The notes under the pieces are model-generated. The model had not been told where the DNA came from, ran no database searches, and saw nothing but the letters and a program-made list of their open reading frames with translations. Position numbers and translations under genes: made by a program. Positions 45,228 through 64,000 of a stretch of 64,000 nucleotides of DNA are shown here, piece by piece. The stretch is from Styela clava (lineage: Eukaryota): the NCBI RefSeq assembly GCF_964204865.1, contig NC_135261.1, forward strand, positions 8,122,001 through 8,186,000, given 5' to 3'. How positions within the stretch are numbered: the first letter of the stretch is position 1; every line of letters starts with the position of its first letter.

Positions 45228-48200
45228 ATCTATTCTAGACGATTCAAGCATTGCTTTGGGAGATTATATCACTTCAATTAAATTGAAATAATCTCGCTAT
45301 ATTAAATACAAAATCGTTGCTATCATAAAGGTAAACCAATTCAGCCACTCGAAATATATTGGCCTTCACAAAGCAATGGAGGCAAAATTGAGAGTTCATG
45401 AGCTATGAACATTTGTCTTTTTCTTTGTCTTGAACTTTCCATACTCCACAGCCCCTATTAATTTTTTTTAATTTTAATTACCATGTGATGGTCATACATA
45501 TCTTTAACTTGTATTTTCTGTCATGATGTATTATCTCAATGTGCCAAACTATTAATTAGTGTGCATATTTTGCTTCCAGATGACATAAATGTATTGTCAT
45601 GTTTATTACCTCAGCTTGGAGTATTGACAAGAAAAAGGTGCCAGTAAATTAGGTAAAAAAATTTTCAACTCATTGTTATAATCAGAATTCACAATCAATA
45701 GGAATTATAAACAGCCAACAATCAGTGAGAATTATATGCGAAATCCCTCAGAATAAATTTGTCTAAAATCGGAGGAAGGCAAAAAATATAGGTAGTTTCC
45801 ATCCACACAAGCATTTCAAGGAGACTTGCTCGAGCCAAACTAAATGAGCATCGTCAGGTGATTGGTAAGGCTGCAAGTTGAATTCAGCCCTGCAACCTCC
45901 TGCATAGAAGATAATATTAATTAGTGGGCTATGAGCTAAATTCCTAAATTTAAACAAACCTCTATGATGCATTATGTACCAGCAATGTTACCTACGATTA
46001 ACTGAATATGTAATATGTCTAATAAATTCACCTACAAAAGCAAGTTCGATAGGTGCAAACTTTGTGTTATGGAATTGTATCGCAGCACAGTTTTGTATGA
46101 CACCCTCTTTAAATGAAATTTCAATGATTAAGCGCAAACATTAAAATTACTAACTTTGAACTTTGTCATTATCTGCAAAATGTTCCACACAAATCTTTCC
46201 GCTATCGCGTTTGTAATCTTCTCTGATAAAAAAAAACGTCTATGATGTCCAGAATTGCTCTTTACAGCTTGCCTGTTATTCCAGCTTTCCAAGTAAGCAA
46301 AACTTCTTAGATATAGAGATTATTTTGTTTCGTTACAGGCGCAAAAAGGCAGGTACTACACGTAAAAAAAACGCCGAGTAGCAAAAGCGAGCGGAAAACG
46401 GACGCGAAAGGCGACGAGAAATATGTGCATTGGAGCGTATCATGAAATACAATGTTTTGCCTGTAGTCTTATGGAGTGACGTCAGAGTTGCCTATCATGT
46501 TGTTTAATGTCATTGATTAAACTAAATAGAAGTACAATCATCAATTTACACTGGCAAATGTATGCATCATGTACACGCCCATAAAGAGCAGATTATCATT
46601 AAAAAAAATTAATTTCTAAATTCCTATTATACGCGGACTGTTGTTCCCAACTCGACAGTGTTGACAATAGTATTCTGAACACCTAGTTAAATTCGTCAGT
46701 CGAACCTTATCTAGTCATTCATTGCTGACTAAGTGCAAATCGACAGACGAGAACAAAATTCCAGTACCATACTAGTGGCGAATCCTTTCAATCTTTCATT
46801 TTTGTGCCCTTTGCTCTTCGCCTGATGGCTCTGGTTCTATATCGTGAAAAAATCGTATATATATAAGTATTACAACCTTACTTTGTACTTTGTCATTCAG
46901 ATTGAAATTCATTATATCAAATCATGGGCATATTATATCATAATGGAATATCTATTCAGTTCAGAATTTCCCAGTTGAAACTTTACTACTATATTTAACC
47001 TGGGACTATATATTTATTTTCAGTAGTTGCATTCTGATTCGTTGTTAGATGAGGAAGGTCCTTAGTACTATAGTAATATACATTTTAATTATATACAATA
47101 TTGCACTCCAAACTTATATTTCAGTATAGGTGTCTGGTGAACACTTCCTGTGAATAAAATATATATATAAGACTCGTTGTGGCTTGACCATGGTTTTAGG
47201 TATCATTGAATACAGTATTTTCTTCCATGTCTGATATCATCATTATAGTCCTGGAGTAAAATCAAATCATGCTAACCATAGTGTTCATTGTAAGTTAATT
47301 ACTCACAACCAATTCTAAAACAAATCTTTCAAGTTGTACACCCCTATGGTTAACCCAGCACTAAATTATACTTTAACATTGTATTTGTGTTTTGGCCAAT
47401 TTTTTTTTTAACATCAATATTCTTCAACTTGATATATCTTACTAGCACTCATATTCGGGATTGTTTACAAATCATCATATGTTTATTCATGTATAACTTA
47501 TCTCACCAGTGGTGCTCTTTATATTCATATTTTATGAAAATGATGGACTTCATCTCTGCATAGTATTTGATGTAATTTTGTTATTACGATGACTGCTATT
47601 TATTTTGATTGACAAAATAATAAATCTCTCCCTCTCTCTCTTAGTCAGCTCGTGACAACACAAACAGACATGGCAGGAATTGCAAATTAGGTTTCAAGAT
47701 CGTCGTCCTTAACTGAATCTTTTTCGGCTTCTGTGAAACGTTTAGGACTCAGTTATCACTGCAATTATTAAATATTTAATAAGTATCACGCGTATGATGC
47801 AGGAGCAGATGCCAAATTAAAATGATTTTATGATTTAAACTTAAGTTCGAATTAGGTGAGAATATTTGCAAACTAATATTGATAAGATTTTTCAAATTTA
47901 TCCCGTCGAGAGAATAACCGACAGTACGAGTCTACGACCTATATTCATGACCAGAACTACAGTTTCTCGTCGGTTGCCATTTCAGCTAAATGCGTGTACC
48001 AGATGGAAAGCTATCTACAACCTGCTTCCGCCTGAACCACCTTCTACGAATGTCAGGAATTTATCAATGATACAGAACACGGATTCAAACTTACGAGTTC
48101 ACGCAAGGTAATAAGTGTTAGTAGTGAGCCGGATTGCATCCCTAACGCTGAGCACTGGGTACCCACGGTTGAGTGGAATAAACTCATGAAAGTCCTTTGA

Positions 48201-48357
48201 CATCTTTGAATAGCATGAATAGACGATTGCATTTTCTTTCGAATAGACAACCTCTCTGAGTTTGCAGCATGTTATATATATTACAGTGAAACAATAAAAT
48301 GAGTTGATAAATCATCACACTTGATCAAACACCTACTCAATTTCTATCAGTCTAATG

Positions 48358-48665
48358 CAGGGGTGTGTAAACTGCGGCACGTGAGGAAAATTATGCGGCC
48401 CGCGGAGAAGTTCCAGTTTTGAATGGTGTGCCCACGAAACGAGTTATATGGTTTAGTTATTCTGGTACGTGCGAGCAATTCCAATTCACTTGCGTCGCAA
48501 AGGATATACCAGTACCCGAGTGCCACTGTAATATTAGCAAAACTAGCTAGCAAAAACTTCAACTACTTTAACTACTAGAAATTAAACCTTAGATAAAAGT
48601 GCGGCCCGCGGCTTCACCCAATTACTTGAATCTGGCCCTCCTGTAATAAAGGTTGCACACCCCTG
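48358..48665. mobile_element. hAT MITE, family 1, third copy
   Basis: TIRs CAGGGGTGTGTAAACT / AGGTTGCACACCCCTG with perfect 8-bp TSD GTCTAATG. Confidence 0.9.
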
Positions 48666-50740
48666 GTCTAATGTATCACTCAGTGACAACTAATCGATTC
48701 CCATCAGTTGCCAAGTAAGCTAACTGAAGAATAAACTGCCGCACTTCTAGCACTGGGTGCGCCTGCACCGGTGATGACTGACCTATGGAAGCTGATCTAA
48801 AACAAAACAGTCCAATCAGACACACCCGCCTGAGCGTTGATTACATCGGGCGTTTTCGCGAGTTGGCTTTTACTAACTTATGTACATGGATTGATCAGTC
48901 ATTTTGTTTCAAAATATTCAAAAACTTGGCATTGAAAATTACCGGCAGTTTATTTTAGCCTGTAGTATAGTCTATATCTATAGTCCATCCCAGATTTGAG
49001 TCCGTTTTTGATTAAACCTCAACCCTCCTAGCGGCAAAATTACCAGTAATTTCTTTTATTTACGTCTAAATGTTACAAATATGGGGTGAACTAGGGTATT
49101 GTGTATTGAACTGCAGGTCCTTTCTCCTCAACTAAACTAAATAATGACTAATACTTGTCGACACTGTGATGACTAGTCAACCACAGTTGAATATCTGGCT
49201 TTCAACTGTTATGTCAACATTATGTTATTGCTCATTGGCGACTGCTACGTTATAAGAAATAAGTAACGGTCGGGGAAAAACCCATTCAGGGCCAGGGCGA
49301 ATCCCGTCGAAATTAAGATAACAGAAGATAATAATGATTCATGAACAACTGATTGACACAACCGTGGTCGGGTCGGCGTTGATTACCCTGAAAATTATCT
49401 AGTTTCTAGATTTTTCGGCCCATCATCCACTCTTTGGTATGGCCAGAAGAATATCAAATCACCCGTTGAGAATAATTAAATATCACCCTAAGACACTGAA
49501 CACAATAAAAATCAAATTTGCTCAATATATTGTCATCGTAAGTGCTTCACAGTGAACATTGTACATACAAACACAAACAGAAAGTAAAAAAAGTCGAAAA
49601 CCATTCAACACTGAAAAGTGACTCAAGTATATCATCTTCTTTCAAACATTATCAGTGAATAAAAATTATTTAATAATAAAAACTTATCGAAATTAGGATT
49701 TTCCACAATATTTAAATCGTGTGGTTAATACAATATCAGGCAAGTATAAATAATCAATCTATGGCTTATACCGGAACGGAAGTAGTTGTTGCAAACTGAA
49801 CCCAACACAAAAGAAAGGGCAATGTAACTTTCTTTGAGTTATGCTAGCAGAGTTTTGTACAAGTAAGACAGCAGCACATTCACTAGTATTATATGCAGGT
49901 TTAAATGTTTTTGCCAATATGTTTATATATATATCATTCTCCACCAAAAGTATTGCATGACTGGTCACATATATTTCACCCAGTGTTATCTGACTAATGG
50001 GAATAGCCATTAAAACACATGTCATCTGTAGGTCTAAAGCTCTATACAAGGAGCCGAGATACACCATTGTCAAAAAGTAAGAAAACCCGTATTTCTCCAT
50101 ATGATAAAATCATTATGGCTTCAAAAATGTGCTTGATAGCAATTTTTTTATTCGAACCTAAATGAGAGCTCATGATTTTTTAATTATATGAAGATAAAAA
50201 AGAAAGTTAAAATGGCTTTCAAAAATATTGTGAATTGAAGGCTTTTTAGATATTCTTTTCACATGGCTTTGAAGTCTAATAATTATAGCAGATTTCATTT
50301 TTATTTAGTGCTTTGACTGCTATACATAGTATGGCTCAGTTTGGTTTAGTAAAACACAGTCGAATTATTTCATACAAAGAGATAACAGTGCAGATATAAA
50401 CAGTGCGTCACCTAAAACTATTCTTCAAATAGGCGTCGATAGAAGTAGACGAAAATTAAAATTTGGAAAACTAAAATTTCACGACCACAAAGACAAGGAA
50501 ATATCAAACAAAAATTTGGTAATGTAAAGTTAAAATGATTATAAATGGCTTTCTCGTCTTTGTATCGCAAAATAATGAGCAAATCCAGCTCGGATACACC
50601 TATTTAAATATTTCTCCTTCTCCTTCTTTACAGCATACGGAGTGAAATATTTAAATAAAATAATAGCAATACTGCATTGGAACAACATATGCGTACACTG
50701 GGTATGGCTTATCAACATAATCCCTTTTCTAATTAGTATC

Positions 50741-60696
<9,956 letters not shown>

Positions 60697-63558
60697 CTAT
60701 AAAAATTATTGAAAATAAAAATGAATTAGAAATACAAAAGAGATATACAACTCCATTTCTGTATGTAAAAGATCGAATATCCACAAACGATTGGTATATA
60801 ATAATGTTATTAAATGATAAAACAATCAAAAAAATATCTGATTATGAACTCTTGGGTTCAGAAGTTGCCTTAGTGCATCTGAGCACATTTAAAGTTTATA
60901 TTCGCCGTCATTCGTTCGTGCGTAAATAAATTTGTCAAGCAATTCAGACAGACGATCATTTTTAAGTTCTCGTTGATAAGATTTTACATGACTAAGAGTT
61001 CGGAATTTTAACCAATTTCCATTACTGCTTTAATAAACCTAAGAGTTCAATATGTCTAAATGTCACAACAAAGAGTTCTAGTCGTTCGTCAATGCTATCT
61101 ATTAAAGGTCGATATTTTGATAAACAAAACATTTTTTTAACAGTCTAATGCTGTAATTTTCAATGACACGCACTATCTGACTAATAGAGCATAGCTTATT
61201 CATGCTAAAAAATCTATCTCATGTAACTGATCAAACATGATTGGACCAAACTAACTCATGAACATGAACTATCCCCCGATCTGATAAAAATCGTACAAAG
61301 ATAACATAACAATCATAAGATTTAATCGCTGATAAACTTCACAAACAATAAACAAACCTTATTATTACTGACCAATGTAAAAACTAAACGCGGCCTGTAC
61401 ATGAAATATATATAAAATTGCTCAACTTTTTTACGAGAATACGTGGCCTTTCCATAGCTACCGTAACTATTTGTCGTGTTTTATGATCAGAAATTACGGG
61501 ATTTTGAAAGCAATCTATCGCGTTTTAAAATCCTGTACAGTACGCGAATTTACTACAAAGGCCGACGCAATTACGCTTTGGGCGGTTGCCTTGGCACCAA
61601 AAGGTAAACAACAGTCGTGGGATAATATTTCTCCAACGACGATCAATCACATTTGAATAAATACAGTAGCTTATACATTGATTAGTGATAAATTGGATGA
61701 ATATTTGCTCTTTGCTCAATCTATGCCCTATTGCCCTAGTCTCATATTTTATGTACACAAAAAGGGCGTTAAAATTCAATACCCATTTTAATAGCAAATT
61801 GCGATACATCTTCGGTTCTTATATAGGTCAGGGGACCGCGAAGCTGTACAATAGTTAAATTCAATATTAAAACTATGTTTTGCATAAATCTATGGTTATA
61901 TAAAATAAAAAGTTAATACCCTTGACAAGCAGTATTACTTATTTTTTGTGAGATGTATGGCTGATTGTGAGCAAAAGCTAAATGAAATCTGTTCGATGTT
62001 TTGAAATATTCCGGTATATGATTGTTAATGACATTTCCCCTCCCTATTTCTCAGACACTCTTCCTTTGGGAGTAAATATAATATCAGACCACAATAACGT
62101 ATTATTTCATTTTAGTCTTTTATTTTCCGATACTATTGTTGGACGTAGCGGGTGGCATCGGTCTAGTTTTCAATTTTCTATCAATTAAGATACTACTCCC
62201 ACGACGCTTGAAGGCTGTTCCCGACGGGGAGCCTGCGCTTCATTATAGCTACCGCGTAGCGTCGACGTTTATCAGGCGCCTGGCCAAATCAATCACCAAC
62301 AAAGTATAGCTTGGTTGTATTTAGTCATTTTCATTTCATTATTTTCAACTGAATGTTATGTGACGTATTCTCATGCGAACAGGGTTACTGATCAGGCGAT
62401 GTACACTGCGTGCAATCAGCAGGTGTTTCCGTTAGTTGATCAAATTCGCGGCAACGAATATTGTCTCAATCTTAATCCGATTTCGTTTGAAGTCTACCAA
62501 AAATTTCGAATAGTGTTGTGTTCATCACTTCAAAAGCGTAATTTATGCCTCAAACACCAAACACCTCACCAAACTTTATGTTGAAAAATAGCTTATTCCT
62601 TGTTGTTCTCTATAATATTAAATTGAAAACCAGACAATAAAAAATGATTGACTGCTTTTAAAACTGCTTGTATGATAAATTGAGCTTATATCTGGATTAT
62701 TAAAATCTCACGATTATGAAACATCCGTCCGTATAAATGATCGATAAGTTGGAATTCTTTAATGATATTAATCATGTTATCAAACTTGACAAAGCTTTAA
62801 AATATAAGCATGTGACAACGCCACAATAATAAGTATGCTATTAAATTGCCGCCCACATAAAGCTTGTTATTTATCAGAAAGTTAGTACTCCACATTTCAT
62901 AAAATTCTAATTGAATCCTACGCTCATAAATATTTGGAACTGAGCATGTGGTTTGTTTCACTTATGTAAAAAATATGATTTAATATTATGAGTCGTTTTT
63001 CAATCTGTAATTGCATCCAAACAACTTCATCTTTTATATTTTGTAAATAAACTGGATTTATGAAATTTACCAATTTGGGATCATATATGTACTTCTACTC
63101 CGGGAATCGAAATAGTAATTTACGTATGACAGGTTGATATATATATCGAAATGGCCGTTCTGATATATATATATATATACATATAAGGTATTTTCTGCAT
63201 TGCGCTTTTTTAGCACATTCTTATAACACAACAAGACTTTATTTACTTCTCAGACGGATAATGGAACCTCAGGTATATCTTATCTACCACATACCGGTTT
63301 TGTAATCATATCTGCGCAATAAGGATGATTTCACGTATATAATATGCAGCCATAGGCTAAATAATATTCGGAATAATATTTTAGCATCGAAAATGTAACG
63401 TATTTCCAATGTTTGCTGCAGCTAAAATCTTGGATTGAAGCATAAATTTCACAAAAAGAGGATAGAACATATATACTTGTTTGAATGAAATGTAAAAAAC
63501 ATTGCGTCAATTGCTATTGCAACCAAACCTGTAAAGTTTTACACTACCATCCACCTAC

Positions 63559-63699
63559 CGGTACGTCGCCTCCGTTTTCGTTCTTCATTTGGCTTGATAT
63601 CATGTGCCGGTAGCCTCATTTTGTACGCAACCGTCTTATTATTGTTTGCACCTTGGTTTAGTTTTCTGGTATGAATTATATCCGTGTGAATAGCTTTAG
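63559..63699 (-). CDS. Candidate upstream HUNK exon
   Basis: TTTACAG acceptor and G|GTAGGT donor bound a 141-nt open exon (internal ATG at 63619: MRLPAHDIKPNEERKRRRRT). Its phase-1 end matches the phase-1 start of exon 60696. Confidence 0.35.
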
Positions 63700-64000
63700 C
63701 TGTAAACACTGTGCTCTTCTCTATATAGATACCATATCCTCTATGTCGTCAATGTTGTACTAGTAAATAATAAATACCTCTGCGTATGGGACAAGAATAA
63801 ATAAATAATTTAGGTGTTAGTTAATTATACATTACACGCTCGTATATTTGGCCTGTCTGAGGCGAGCTTGAAAATTTGGTAAAGAACTATGGATGGTTAT
63901 ATATGTGTCTGCGGTTTAGTTTTTGAACGATAACACCTTTTTGAGAAAATCAAACGAAATCCATGTGTAGACTGATACGTAAGACGTTATACGCCGATAC

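Noticed and set aside
45519-45585. C/D snoRNA-like arrangement (ATGATGT ... CAGA with TGTCA/TGACA stem)
   Set aside because: Both boxes mismatch the consensus and no rRNA-antisense element was recognised.
47099-47120. TATTGCAC, the miR-92 family 5' end
   Set aside because: The remainder does not match miR-92 and there is no complementary upstream arm for a pre-miRNA.

Overview
AT-rich (roughly two-thirds A+T) eukaryotic animal DNA with GT-AG introns, most consistent with an ascidian/tunicate (inferred from two Tbx6-related genes and compact introns; not proven). Genes, left to right: 5' part of an SLC49/FLVCR-like MFS transporter (-), a single-pass orphan membrane protein (-), an intronless class I SAM methyltransferase (+), a Cys-rich protein with furin-type sites and three Gla-like motifs (-), two head-to-head Tbx6-related T-box genes (5 exons on -, 6 exons on +), an intronless 2OG-Fe(II) dioxygenase followed by a collapsed tandem pseudo-copy, intronless WDR12 (-), a near full-length two-ORF LINE (CR1/L2/Crack group) and a 7-8 exon HUNK-like kinase (-). 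Intergenic DNA is rich in non-autonomous transposons (hAT MITEs with 8-bp TSDs, a TA-flanked Tc1/mariner MITE, a 9-bp-TSD MITE, nested foldback elements, tRNA-derived SINE fragments and a HINE-like family). Best leads: the divergent Tbx6 pair (asymmetric T-box divergence, a one-intron difference, a dense GATA cluster and TTCACACTT sites in the shared spacer), the tandem Gla-like protein, a dioxygenase with KxT in place of RxS, the LINE's 180-bp 5' monomer duplication, AUG-less ORF2 and 3' X-box, and remnants of TNF-like and BED/zinc-finger genes. No CRISPR, rRNA or intact tRNA was seen. All family assignments are by eye from motifs; no database search was run.
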